Below the pieces are notes generated by a model, which did not search any database, had not been told where the DNA came from, and was given only the letters and a program-made list of their open reading frames with translations. A stretch of 64,000 bases of DNA from Candidatus Thorarchaeota archaeon (lineage in GTDB: Archaea > Asgardarchaeota > Thorarchaeia > Thorarchaeales > Thorarchaeaceae): contig RDOC01000005.1 of assembly GCA_011364985.1 (NCBI GenBank), forward strand, positions 42,052-106,051, given 5' to 3'. A program made the position numbers and the translations under genes. Position 1 is the first letter of the stretch; every line of letters begins with the position of its first letter. Shown here piece by piece: positions 49,816-59,845 of the stretch.

Positions 49816-50151
49816 ATGCCAAAAGAAATACTAAGTGAAGAGGAAGTTCCCATACCGAGAGTCAAGAAACTACTCTCCCAGCGTGCAAAGGAAGGCGAGC
49901 TTTCCTTCCAGCAGACAATCACCTTGGAGCATGCTTCAGCCTTCTCCAAAATGGCACCTGCTGTGGCAGATAAGCTTACCGAAAGGCTGATGAAGAACTA
50001 TGATATTTCTCGCGCGCTAGCAGTCCAAGTCATTAATATAGCACCCACAACGGCAGAGGAGATGAGAACCATATTGGATGTGCGTTCGACGGACCTGACT
50101 GGTGAACAGATACAAGAAATCGTCGAGATTATTGAAAAAGCAGTTTCATAG
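49816..50151 (+). CDS. rpo4: RNA polymerase subunit Rpo4 (RpoF)
   Basis: ELSFQQTITLEHASAFSK...INIAPTTAEEMRTIL; conserved position after rpl21e. Confidence 0.92.
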   Translation: MPKEILSEEEVPIPRVKKLLSQRAKEGELSFQQTITLEHASAFSKMAPAVADKLTERLMKNYDISRALAVQVINIAPTTAEEMRTILDVRSTDLTGEQIQEIVEIIEKAVS

Positions 50152-50239
50152 TACTAGATTCCCTTCATAGGACGATTACTTTTTATCCGTACCATACTAT
50201 CTCATCTACAATGCAGCCCCATAGAAGGAGAAAAGGAAG

Positions 50240-50836
50240 ATGGAAGGACCCCCAGACAAGATGTTTGAAACACATGCATATGTTCTGGCAGTCATTCCAC
50301 CAAAGGCGTATCTGCGTGACTCCAGACCGCGGGGAGAAACTACTGCACAGTGTGTAGGAGAATCATACTTCACACTATTAGAAGTGGTTCCACAACATGG
50401 AGCAACACTTCATCCTCAGGAACGACTCTCAATTGAGAAAAATGCTAAAAGCAAGATTGACCATGTGAAACGTCGCATTTTCTACGAGGATTTGGCACCA
50501 GAAAGCGCGGCAGAACTTCCTTTCGTCATTGAGATAATTGTTACGAAGCATGAACGGAAATTTGTACAATTCTTCAATGAAGCACCTCCTATAACAACTC
50601 GTCAGCACTCACTACAATTACTTCCGGGGATTGGTCAGACCTTGATGTGGGCAATTCTCGAAGAGAGAAAGAGAGAACCCTTCAAGAGCTTTGAAGACAT
50701 TGCATCTAGAACCAAGCTTCAGAATCCCAAAAAGGTCATTTCAGCCAGAATCATGGACGAGCTCAGAGAAGAAGTGAAGCGATGGTTGTTCGTGAGACCG
50801 CCTCGACGGGACGAGGAGAGAGAACGGCCTAGGTGA
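50240..50836 (+). CDS. DUF655 putative RNA-binding protein (HhH)
   Basis: VGESYFTLLE, FFNEAPPITTRQHSLQLLPGIG. Confidence 0.93.
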   Translation: MEGPPDKMFETHAYVLAVIPPKAYLRDSRPRGETTAQCVGESYFTLLEVVPQHGATLHPQERLSIEKNAKSKIDHVKRRIFYEDLAPESAAELPFVIEIIVTKHERKFVQFFNEAPPITTRQHSLQLLPGIGQTLMWAILEERKREPFKSFEDIASRTKLQNPKKVISARIMDELREEVKRWLFVRPPRRDEERERPR

Positions 50837-50842
50837 TCTGAG

Positions 50843-51721
50843 CTGTCAGAAGAAGACATCAAGCTTCTACTCAGAAAATACTCAGTCAGACCAACAAGGA
50901 AGCTCGGACAAAGTTTCCTTATTGATAAACAAGTAGCAGGTGAAATCATTGAATTTGCATACATCACAAAGGAAGATACCGTTCTGGAGATTGGCGGTGG
51001 ATTTGGCTGCCTAACTGAGCTGCTTGCAAAGCAGGCAAAGCAAGTCTATGTCTTCGAAATAGAGAAAGGACTTGTAAGAGCACTAAATGACCTTCTTGAT
51101 GAGAAAGACAATGTAACGATTATTGACGGAGATGCATTGGCCTCAGAATTGCCTTCAGCCAACAAGGTCGTTTCGAATTTACCCTACAAGATATCATCGC
51201 CTATCACCTTTAGACTACTTAGGGAGTTACGAATGGACCTTGCTGTTTTGATGTATCAGAAGGAACTAGTTGATCGTATGATGGCATCTCCAGGCTCGCC
51301 TGAATACTCTAGGTTCTCCATTGGGATACAATACTTGGCAGAAGTGGAGCCTGTCCTTGAGGTTCCCTCCACCAAGTTTTACCCGGTGCCGGCAGTAGAT
51401 TCCACGGTCATTAGAATGCGTGTTCGCAAGAACGGGCCCTTTGCCGAGGATCCTGATGTGTTCTTTTGGATGATTCATGGTATCTACTCATACCCCAATA
51501 AGCTGCTCCATAGAGCCCTGCGGATCTGGTGTCGCAACTTGGGTAAAGAGAAGGAAATGGTGAGTTCTATAATTTCCAAGACTGATGGAGTAGTTACAGG
51601 CAAGGAGCGTCTTCGTACACTATCGCAGAAGGAATTGATTTCTTTGGCAGATGCTATTTTGGAGTTGACTCAAGAGGGGGTTCTTCACTTTCCGGATGGT
51701 ACAGAGAATGCAGCACGATGA
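50843..51721 (+). CDS. rsmA: 16S rRNA dimethyladenosine transferase KsgA/Dim1 (probable CTG start)
   Basis: The frame extends ~98 codons upstream of the listed ORF: LSEEDIKLLLRKYSVRPTRKLGQSFLID...VLEIGGGFG...FEIE. Downstream SNLPYKISSP, MYQKE, P.PAVDS. Confidence 0.92.
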   Translation: MSEEDIKLLLRKYSVRPTRKLGQSFLIDKQVAGEIIEFAYITKEDTVLEIGGGFGCLTELLAKQAKQVYVFEIEKGLVRALNDLLDEKDNVTIIDGDALASELPSANKVVSNLPYKISSPITFRLLRELRMDLAVLMYQKELVDRMMASPGSPEYSRFSIGIQYLAEVEPVLEVPSTKFYPVPAVDSTVIRMRVRKNGPFAEDPDVFFWMIHGIYSYPNKLLHRALRIWCRNLGKEKEMVSSIISKTDGVVTGKERLRTLSQKELISLADAILELTQEGVLHFPDGTENAAR

Positions 51722-52301
51722 AATCGAATTGCATTTTTGTCCTGATGTATATCCGCCCGCGGAAGACACCTACCTTCTTTTAGAAGCAATCGACATTACC
51801 AGTGAAGACGTGTTTCTTGAAGTAGGAAGCGGTTCGGGGCTCATCTCGGTGATTGCGGCACGGCACGCAAAGCTTGTGGTCGCATCAGACATCTCACTCT
51901 ATGCCATTCGAAACACCAAACAGAATCTTGAGCTGAATAAGGTACGACACAAGAGCGACGTCATTCAAATGGACCTTCTTGCAGGCCTGTCATCGAAACC
52001 TCGCTTCTCAGTTATTGCATTCAATCCTCCTTACCTTCCAAGTGATAATCATATTACGGAGATGGATCATGCTCTAGTTGGAGGACCATTGGGTATCGAG
52101 GTCACAGAACGTTTTCTTGAACAAGCAGTGTTTCTTCTCAAACCTAATGGGAGGCTATATGTTGTAGTGTCCTCACAATCAGACATTGGCAGAATACGGA
52201 AGGCCATGCGGAAGTGCGGCTTCAGGGTTAGAACTGCAGCTTCGACACGAATCTTCTTTGAAGTACTCGAAGTACTGGAAGGAATATCCGTCGAAGGTTA
52301 G
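51708..52301 (+). CDS. HemK2/MTQ2-family protein methyltransferase
   Basis: VYPPAEDTYLL, LEVGSGSG, FNPPYLP. Confidence 0.93.
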   Translation: MQHDEIELHFCPDVYPPAEDTYLLLEAIDITSEDVFLEVGSGSGLISVIAARHAKLVVASDISLYAIRNTKQNLELNKVRHKSDVIQMDLLAGLSSKPRFSVIAFNPPYLPSDNHITEMDHALVGGPLGIEVTERFLEQAVFLLKPNGRLYVVVSSQSDIGRIRKAMRKCGFRVRTAASTRIFFEVLEVLEGISVEG

Positions 52302-52374
52302 ACGGAAACCGTTTTATGATAGCCACGCTCACAGCCGCAGAGACCTGAGAGCTGATTGCTGGAGGATTAAAGAG

Positions 52375-53190
52375 ATGTCCGACAAGAAGGACGAGAAGAA
52401 GACTACAAAGAAATCAAAGAAGACCACAGAGAAACCTGCCAAGGCTACGATCAAGAAAAAGACAGTAGCAAAGAAAGCAGAAGATGTGGTGAAGGAAGGT
52501 AGTCTAATCTACGTTGATTACATTGGCAGAACAAAAGGAGATGGGAAGGTCTTCGATCTCACCATTGAAGAGGTGGCCAAGAAGGAGGGCTTATTCAGAG
52601 AGGATGATAGATATGAACCAATCCTGGTTTCTGTTGGTTCGAACTGGTTACTGGAAGCAATTGAAGAAGAACTCGTTGGAATGAAGATCGACCAGACAAA
52701 GACTATCGAGATACCTCCAGAACGTGGAGCGGGAAAGAGAGACCCATCACTCATCAAGATGATCGCAAAAGCCAAGCTTGAGAAGCAAGGGGTAAGGATT
52801 GCTATTGGCGAGAAGATAACCTTTGGACGGGAACAGGGAGTAATCACTCAGATTCTTGGACGCACAGCTAGGGTTGACTTCAATCCCCCGATGGCAGGAA
52901 AGACCTTGACTTTCGATGTAACTGTCAAAGGGATTGTGAGCGAACCTGATGAGAAGGTGTTTGCGGTACTTAAGAGAAGAATACCTGCGATTCCGAGAGA
53001 CAAATACAGTGTGTCCGTCAAATCCAAATCTGTGACCATTGATATGCCAATGGAATCAAGATACATCGAGGGAATTCAGTATGCAGAGATCGGTGTAGCG
53101 ATGGATACATTGAAAGTGATTCCAGAAGCAAAAAAGGTTGACATAGTCATTACATACGAGAGGCCAAAGAAGCCTGAAACGGAAGTATAG
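52375..53190 (+). CDS. Long-type archaeal FKBP peptidyl-prolyl isomerase with a Lys-rich N-tail
   Basis: VDYIGR..DGKVFD, IPPERGAGKRDP, VDFNPPMAGKTL. Confidence 0.9.
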   Translation: MSDKKDEKKTTKKSKKTTEKPAKATIKKKTVAKKAEDVVKEGSLIYVDYIGRTKGDGKVFDLTIEEVAKKEGLFREDDRYEPILVSVGSNWLLEAIEEELVGMKIDQTKTIEIPPERGAGKRDPSLIKMIAKAKLEKQGVRIAIGEKITFGREQGVITQILGRTARVDFNPPMAGKTLTFDVTVKGIVSEPDEKVFAVLKRRIPAIPRDKYSVSVKSKSVTIDMPMESRYIEGIQYAEIGVAMDTLKVIPEAKKVDIVITYERPKKPETEV

Positions 53191-53301
53191 TGACTTAGTG
53201 GCAGAATACACCACAAAGAAAGGTTTTAATAGAAACCCCTGGGAGGTCTTTCTGTCACTAGTTCTTCTTCCTACAATTCACTGATAGGGAGTTTTCAAGA
53301 T

Positions 53302-53940
53302 ATGGAACATGGAATGCAGCCACCGGCTGAACTGAAGACGGGAACCACCACCGTAGCATTGACTGCAAAAGACTCTGTTGTTCTAGCGAGCGACCAGAGG
53401 GCTACGATGGGACTATTGATCGCCAACAAGAAGGCAAAGAAGATCTATAAGATCACAGATCGCATTGGGGCGACAATTGCCGGATCCGTAGCCGATGCCC
53501 AAGCAATAATGGACTTGCTGAAGGCAGAAGCGAAACTCTTTGAAATTCAGCGCGGTCGACCCATGAGCGTAAAGGCTCTGACACGGCTTCTTAGCAATAT
53601 CATGTTCCAAGGAAGAGGACTCTACATGCTTGGGTGTCTCGTAGGTGGGTACGACGAAGATGGTCCCCAGGTATTCTATACTGACTACATAGGTTCCGTT
53701 CTCTCTGACAAATACACATCCTCCGGATCAGGGTCACCAGTAGCCCTTGGTGTATTGGAAGCAGAGTATCAGGAAGACCTGCCAAAAGCAAAGGCCATCG
53801 AGTTGGCAATACGTGCAGTTGCAGCCGCAATGGAGCGTGATGCCGCTTCAGGTAACTCTATTCTTGTCAGTGTAATTGACAAAGATGGTTATACAGAATT
53901 GCCCAAGGATAAAATCCTGAAGATCTGGAAGAAACAGTGA
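53302..53940 (+). CDS. psmB: Proteasome beta subunit
   Basis: Propeptide ...LKTG/TTTV, ASDQRAT, GSVADAQ, GSGS, RDAASG. Confidence 0.97.
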   Translation: MEHGMQPPAELKTGTTTVALTAKDSVVLASDQRATMGLLIANKKAKKIYKITDRIGATIAGSVADAQAIMDLLKAEAKLFEIQRGRPMSVKALTRLLSNIMFQGRGLYMLGCLVGGYDEDGPQVFYTDYIGSVLSDKYTSSGSGSPVALGVLEAEYQEDLPKAKAIELAIRAVAAAMERDAASGNSILVSVIDKDGYTELPKDKILKIWKKQ

Positions 53941-54059
53941 TTGAGTCTGTTCTGCCCCGTAGTTACGGGCTAGATACTACGCAGAATTCCGCTTTCGAAG
54001 GCAAACCACAATGTGGTCTGAAATGAAGGTCTAGCGCAATATACGTGAAGTGATTCTAT

Positions 54060-55970
54060 ATGTCTTCTAACAACGATGAATATGTCGATATCCGAGAAGC
54101 AGTGCTAAAAGCACTTCCCCGGTCTGCAGCCGTTACTACCGTGGAATACGAGGGGCCAGAGATCGCCATCTATTCCAAGGCACCCAAGATACTGCTTGAT
54201 GATGGGGATAAGATAAAGGCATTAGCTCGAAAAATGAGAAAACGTCTTGTTGTTAGATCCGCACCTGAAGTTAGACTGCCACATGAGGAAGCCGAAAAGA
54301 CAGTAAGGCAACTAGTGCCAGAAGAGGCTGAGATCACTTCTATCGATTTTGATGAGTCACGAGGAGAAGTTGTTATTGAGGCGCAAAAACCAGGCTTGGT
54401 TATTGGCCGTAGTGGATCTACTCTTCGTGAAATCACGCGGCAGACCTTCTGGCGCCCCAATGTGATGCGCACACCTCCTATCGAAAGCAAACTTATCAAG
54501 CAGATTAGATACATCGTTCAATCTGAAGCAGCCAATCGCAATAGAATGTTCCGTGACATAGGACAGAGGATACACAGACCCGCACTTTTGAACAATGGAT
54601 GGATTAGGTTGACAGCTTTTGGAGGCTTTAAGGAAGTAGGACGTCAATGTATGTTCCTTCAAACCTCTGAGAGCAATGTCCTGATAGAATGCGGTGTCAA
54701 TGTAGGGGCACCTTCCAGAGCTTATCCTCGTCTGGATATGCCCGAGTTCAACCTCAACGAAGTTGATGCTGTTATCATCACTCACGCTCACCTTGACCAC
54801 TGCGGGATGGTGCCATTCCTCTACAAATACGGGTACCGTGGGCCAATCTACATGACTGCGCCGACCCTAAATCTATCGACCCTTCTTCAGCTCGATTATC
54901 TTGATGTTGCAGAAAGAGAAGGGAAGCTCAGACCATATCGTGACCGAGACGTGAAAGAATCAATTCTTCATACAGTTACGCTAAACTATGGCGAAGTGAC
55001 GGATATTGCTCCTGATGTGAGACTTACCCTGCATAATGCAGGACACATTCTAGGGTCCGCTATTGTTCATCTACATATTGGAGATGGGCAATACAATCTT
55101 GCATACACTGGGGATTTCAAGTTTGGCAGAACCCGATTGCTTGAGCCTGCTACGTTCACCTTTCCAAGGCTTGAAACATTGATTGTAGAGAGCACGTATG
55201 GACATCCAACGGATAAGATGCCTCCAAGGCAAGAGGTTGAACGTAAGTTTGCCTCCATTATTAAACGTACCATTGAACGTGGAGGGAAAGTGCTAATCCC
55301 AGTACTCGCAGTAGGACGCGCACAGGAGATTATGTTAGTACTGGAGGACTTGGTGACAAAGAAACGCATTCCAAAGATTCCAGTCTATATTGAAGGGATG
55401 ATTGCTCAGGCTACAGCAATACACACAACTCATCCGGATTTTCTTAGCAAAAAGATTCGTGAGATGGTGTTCCATCAAGGCGTGAATCCCTTCCTAAATG
55501 AGATTTTCAATGCAGTCGATAATCCAGATCAACGAGAAGAGATTGTTGAGGGCGAGCCATGCGTAATTATGGCCACTTCCGGAATGCTTGCAGGAGGACC
55601 CAGTGTAGAGTACTTTAGACTCCTTGCTCCGGATGAGAAGAACACACTTGTGTTCGTTTCATATCAGGGAGAACAAACACTGGGTCGGCGAATACAGAAG
55701 GGATGGAAAGAGGTACAGATGAGGAATCGGGAAGGACAAACCACTGTCGTGCCTGTCAACATGGAGGTTGAGACTGTTGAAGGATTCTCTGGTCACTCTG
55801 ACAGAAAACAAATCCTGAACTTTGTGAAACGTGTGAATCCGGTCCCAGAACGAGTACTCACATGCCACGGCGAGGCCTCAAAATGCATGAACTTGGCTTC
55901 GACTATTCACAAATCATTGAATATTGATACAAAGGCCCTTCAAGTCACGGAAACCATCAAGCTGCGATAG
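54060..55970 (+). CDS. fttA: aCPSF1/FttA beta-CASP ribonuclease (transcription termination factor)
   Basis: N-terminal KH domains (EGPEI, KPGLVIG), THAHLDH, AGHILGS, GFSGHSD; follows psmB. Confidence 0.96.
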   Translation: MSSNNDEYVDIREAVLKALPRSAAVTTVEYEGPEIAIYSKAPKILLDDGDKIKALARKMRKRLVVRSAPEVRLPHEEAEKTVRQLVPEEAEITSIDFDESRGEVVIEAQKPGLVIGRSGSTLREITRQTFWRPNVMRTPPIESKLIKQIRYIVQSEAANRNRMFRDIGQRIHRPALLNNGWIRLTAFGGFKEVGRQCMFLQTSESNVLIECGVNVGAPSRAYPRLDMPEFNLNEVDAVIITHAHLDHCGMVPFLYKYGYRGPIYMTAPTLNLSTLLQLDYLDVAEREGKLRPYRDRDVKESILHTVTLNYGEVTDIAPDVRLTLHNAGHILGSAIVHLHIGDGQYNLAYTGDFKFGRTRLLEPATFTFPRLETLIVESTYGHPTDKMPPRQEVERKFASIIKRTIERGGKVLIPVLAVGRAQEIMLVLEDLVTKKRIPKIPVYIEGMIAQATAIHTTHPDFLSKKIREMVFHQGVNPFLNEIFNAVDNPDQREEIVEGEPCVIMATSGMLAGGPSVEYFRLLAPDEKNTLVFVSYQGEQTLGRRIQKGWKEVQMRNREGQTTVVPVNMEVETVEGFSGHSDRKQILNFVKRVNPVPERVLTCHGEASKCMNLASTIHKSLNIDTKALQVTETIKLR

Positions 55971-55984
55971 GATGGCAGCTGCAT

Positions 55985-56386
55985 CTAGAACCGTACGAAG
56001 GAGGGTGTAACAATGATGCAACCGTCATTGACCAAAGCAATGTCAGCCTGATATCCTCTTGTTGCACCACGGATTCGTTCAACAATTCTTTTTAGCTCCA
56101 AGTATCTTTGTTCCTGACCATCATTGAGAGATGAGATATCAAGAAGAACGATATTCCCCTCCCGAATCTGGTCTACAATGTAATGTACGTCCTCTAGTGA
56201 TTCAAGACGCTTCGAGCGAATAAAGATGGAATCCAGCTCCACAAGCCTTCTGCAATCCCTCATTGGATCAGGTTCAGTCAATCCTGTTGCCGGCGAAAAA
56301 ACCCCCAGACCAGAGCGCTTTTGGCTCTCAGGCGAATGGCCTTCAGCACCTTCTTCTTTGCCTCTCAGTCGAGATAGGAATTTCAT
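55985..56386 (-). CDS. sepF: Cell division protein SepF (archaeal type)
   Basis: Amphipathic N-terminus MKFLSRLRG; LESLEDV...QIREGNIVLLDI...DIA...IIVTPS. Confidence 0.85.
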   Translation of the reverse strand: MKFLSRLRGKEEGAEGHSPESQKRSGLGVFSPATGLTEPDPMRDCRRLVELDSIFIRSKRLESLEDVHYIVDQIREGNIVLLDISSLNDGQEQRYLELKRIVERIRGATRGYQADIALVNDGCIIVTPSFVRF

Positions 56387-56536
56387 TCAGATACACCTCT
56401 GACTTGTCCTCAAAAGAATCGTAGAAGAAGAAAAGAGCGAGTATTATCATGGACTCTCTCTTAAAGCTAAGTTTTATACCGCCTCTCAGCAATCACGAGA
56501 GAATGTAGTCATTCCTAAGACTAGTGGGGACGTACT

Positions 56537-59185
56537 ATGCGAGAGTTGCAGAATCAGCTAAAGGCCTTGGGAAATCGGTATGCAGTGGAGATGTTGGAGA
56601 TTCTGAATCCACACATGGGAGAAATCATTCCAAGCCTCGGCTGGGATGGGATCATTGATGGTATACTGCAGCTTCAGGGTATCGAGAAACCAGCTGATAG
56701 AAACGGGGAAAGAAGAACACAAGAAGAGGCTCGCTATCAGAAGTTTAGGCGGAAGTTCGTTTCTGGAGGGACTCTCTATGAAACAATGAATAAACTAATC
56801 AATGTGGGATTCGTAAGCGCTGAGGGAGCAAGAGGACGAAAGAACCGTCAGTTCAGAATCACTTACGCTGGAAGACTAGCCCTATCTGCAATCACAGGAA
56901 TGAGAGGACCTATCATTCCGAATACGGAGGTACGAGAAGCCGCTCAGGTTTTGCTTCGCCATAAGAACTTTACGACCTTACTGCCTGCACAGAAGAAATT
57001 CTTGGACGAAATTGGCGTCGTGGACAGGAACCTGATAATACAGATGCCACCAGGATCAGGAAAGACCTTCTTAGCAATGATTACGATCTTGATACGACTC
57101 CAAAGGGGCATTAGATGCCTGTACTTCAGTCCGTACACGTCATTGAATAGTCAGGTGATAGAGGAATACGAAAAGCTTTTCCAAAGCCTAGGTTATACAG
57201 TGGCAAGACATGATGGACGCCACAGGTCTACATCAGAGAAACTTGAAAGGGCAGACCTAGTTGTCAGTATCATCGAGTCAGTGCTAACAGCAGCTATGGG
57301 CAATGAGAAATGGATGCAAAAGATTGATCTCATCGTCATTGATGAGTTTGCTGAGATGGACTCCCAAATCATCGAATTTGATGCGCAAAGCATCGGAACT
57401 GACAGGAGTACGAAACTGGATGTTCTTGTGACCCACCTTAAACAGAAAGCTCAGTTGATTGCTTTGTCATCCAGATTCGGCGAAACTGAGGAGGCCAGTG
57501 ATTGGCTGGAGGCCGATGTATTTAGACCAAGTGTACGTCTTACACCAGATGAATACATAGTCACCATGGGAGATGTCGGAGTAGAGATAGGCAGCGCAGA
57601 TGGAACACATTGCGCTCGATTCAAGAGCCAGGACATGGTCGGCTGTGTTTTGGAACACATGGGGGACTATCAGGAAAAGGCCGTCTTGGTGGTTGCAGGC
57701 TCAAGACTTGGTGCCGAGTTCATGGCTCAGGAACTAATCAAGTCGCATCCTCGCCATGTGGGTGAAGAAACAATATCAACGATTATTGGTCAAGAAGGTG
57801 AATTACCAGTCACAATGCGGCTGAAAGATTGTCTGACCAAAGGTGTAGCGTTCCACCACTCTGGTCTTGACCCAGAGGTACGTGAACGACTTGAGAGAAG
57901 TATCAAAGAAGGAGCTGTCAAGACCGTAGTGTCCACAACGGGGATAACTTCAGGCATGAGCTTTCCCTTTGATTCTGTAATCATTCTGATTGGCTTTGGG
58001 CTGTTCTTCTTCATTAGCAGGTCGAAATACCTTCAGATTGCAGGAAGAATCGGAGAGTATTATTTGGCACGCAAGGGAGGAAGTGTATATCTTGTTTTTG
58101 AAAGCCCTACAAGGCAATTTCCCGATGCTGAGAAGCTAGAAGAAATGTTGCTTCATAAGCCTCTATCACCTCTTACGCCCGGCCAAATCTATCCATCATT
58201 GGCTGCTAGCATAGTAATGAAGAATGCAGCCACTCGGCGTGAATTCTCAATGGCCAAAGCCAAGAACGAGTTCATGAGATTCGTTACAGGAACTTTTCGT
58301 GGCTCTGTCGATGAAAGATACTCGGAGGACATGGAAGGGCTCTTCACGGAGCTCTTCTTATGGCTCGTTAAGGCAGGGCTCATGGAGTCAAGGGAGAAGG
58401 AGTTCAAGTTGACAAGAGAAGGACGTGCTGTAATCGCCGCAGGTCTAGATCCCATCAACTATGTGACGTTAAGAAAGGACCTATATGCCGTTGACAGAGG
58501 TACAAATGATATCCAGATTATCGATCTACTACTTCGGTTCAGTGTTCCTCAAGCTGTGAGACCGAGAGCGCTAATCCCAGAAGACATCGAAATAAGGCTC
58601 GCTGGCTTTGAACCGCCCTCAGAGAGATACCATAGCTTCAAGCAAAAGCGTGACGAGTTCAAGAAACTTGTGCTTGGTGGCTGGGTAGATGAACAGGATA
58701 TTTCAACCATCATAGGTCATGCCTTGAATGAAACTAAGCAAACGACGAAAGGTGGAACTCCGCCAGTGGGCAGTGATTTTGGGGAAGGAGATGTTCAAAT
58801 GCTGGTTGGCATATGCAGCGATATTGCCCTAAGCATGAGCAGCTTCTATGAGAAGATAAAGAGGAGGGATGCGGCGAAGCGTTTGAAGATCATGAGTGTG
58901 CAGCTGCTTCATGGGGTAAGAAACGATCTTGCCTCTACAGATCTTTTTGACCTAGTACTTCTGGCAGAAGATGGTTTCCCTGAGCGGATGCTTACCAGAT
59001 CTGAGATACGGACGTTATACGACAGAGGATATCGTTCCATATCCGATGTTGTGAGGAAGGATATCGACCGAGAAAAGAGCGGGTTTGCACGAGATAGATT
59101 CGCTGCCAACTGTGGTTTCGAGAACACATTTGCGAAAAGAGTATACCGTGCGGCCATGGACCACGTGAAGGCACAGTTGTCTTGA
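56537..59185 (+). CDS. Ski2/Hel308-like SF2 helicase with N-terminal winged-helix
   Basis: LLPAQ, MPPGSGKT, IVIDEFA, ALSS, GVAFHHSGL, QIAGRIG; N-terminal LKALGN...GTLYETMNKL..GFV...ITYAGR. Confidence 0.88.
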   Translation: MRELQNQLKALGNRYAVEMLEILNPHMGEIIPSLGWDGIIDGILQLQGIEKPADRNGERRTQEEARYQKFRRKFVSGGTLYETMNKLINVGFVSAEGARGRKNRQFRITYAGRLALSAITGMRGPIIPNTEVREAAQVLLRHKNFTTLLPAQKKFLDEIGVVDRNLIIQMPPGSGKTFLAMITILIRLQRGIRCLYFSPYTSLNSQVIEEYEKLFQSLGYTVARHDGRHRSTSEKLERADLVVSIIESVLTAAMGNEKWMQKIDLIVIDEFAEMDSQIIEFDAQSIGTDRSTKLDVLVTHLKQKAQLIALSSRFGETEEASDWLEADVFRPSVRLTPDEYIVTMGDVGVEIGSADGTHCARFKSQDMVGCVLEHMGDYQEKAVLVVAGSRLGAEFMAQELIKSHPRHVGEETISTIIGQEGELPVTMRLKDCLTKGVAFHHSGLDPEVRERLERSIKEGAVKTVVSTTGITSGMSFPFDSVIILIGFGLFFFISRSKYLQIAGRIGEYYLARKGGSVYLVFESPTRQFPDAEKLEEMLLHKPLSPLTPGQIYPSLAASIVMKNAATRREFSMAKAKNEFMRFVTGTFRGSVDERYSEDMEGLFTELFLWLVKAGLMESREKEFKLTREGRAVIAAGLDPINYVTLRKDLYAVDRGTNDIQIIDLLLRFSVPQAVRPRALIPEDIEIRLAGFEPPSERYHSFKQKRDEFKKLVLGGWVDEQDISTIIGHALNETKQTTKGGTPPVGSDFGEGDVQMLVGICSDIALSMSSFYEKIKRRDAAKRLKIMSVQLLHGVRNDLASTDLFDLVLLAEDGFPERMLTRSEIRTLYDRGYRSISDVVRKDIDREKSGFARDRFAANCGFENTFAKRVYRAAMDHVKAQLS

Positions 59186-59195
59186 GGAGACACAT

Positions 59196-59702
59196 TTAGG
59201 CTTTACCAAAATCCCATACTGCATCATTTACATGATGCTTTGAAAGGACTACCTTCCCCCCCGATGCAGAACGCATATCTTCGGATGACATCAGAGAAAC
59301 GCCCACTGCTAAGGGTTTTCCATGTCGCTCGTCCACAACTGCTACAATAGATCCTTCTGCAATGCTATTATCAATCTTGGTCACTCCGGGACGCATAATG
59401 TCAGCACCATTAACAACATACTTCACAGCCCCCATATCCACTGTGATGTGAGGAATCTGAACATAACCTTCTAGGAGGGCGTATAGGGTCGGAATAAGTC
59501 GTTTTTCTAACTCAAAGAAGATTATTGACCCATCAAGAAGGAGCACTGTAGTACCTTCATCCAATAATCCCTCCTCAAGGTTGGTCTTGTCGTCAAGATT
59601 CTCTACAGAAACTCCAAGGTCATCCTCTATCTGCTTCAAACGAGCCCGTCTGTCCCTCTTCTTTAGAAGATGACGCTTTTTTAGTCTTTCAATCTTTGGC
59701 AT
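59196..59702 (-). CDS. PUA-domain RNA-binding protein (MCT-1/Tma20-like)
   Basis: IPTL...VDMGAVKYVVNGADIMRPG...HHVNDAVW. Confidence 0.92.
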   Translation of the reverse strand: MPKIERLKKRHLLKKRDRRARLKQIEDDLGVSVENLDDKTNLEEGLLDEGTTVLLLDGSIIFFELEKRLIPTLYALLEGYVQIPHITVDMGAVKYVVNGADIMRPGVTKIDNSIAEGSIVAVVDERHGKPLAVGVSLMSSEDMRSASGGKVVLSKHHVNDAVWDFGKA

Positions 59703-59845
59703 CCTATGGTGAAGCTATCGTTATCCCTTTTGAAAGCTATGGATATGTGTGTAACTGCATCGTCATGTTTTTAAGCCACAGTCGAAAGAGAGCCCGAGTG
59801 CCCGGATTCAAGGTCCGGGACGATACTTCTGTGTTGGTGAAATTC

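Noticed and set aside
50834-50836. UGA as selenocysteine joining DUF655 and KsgA
   Set aside because: The position is the normal DUF655 C-terminus, not a Cys-equivalent site, and an SD plus CTG explains initiation.
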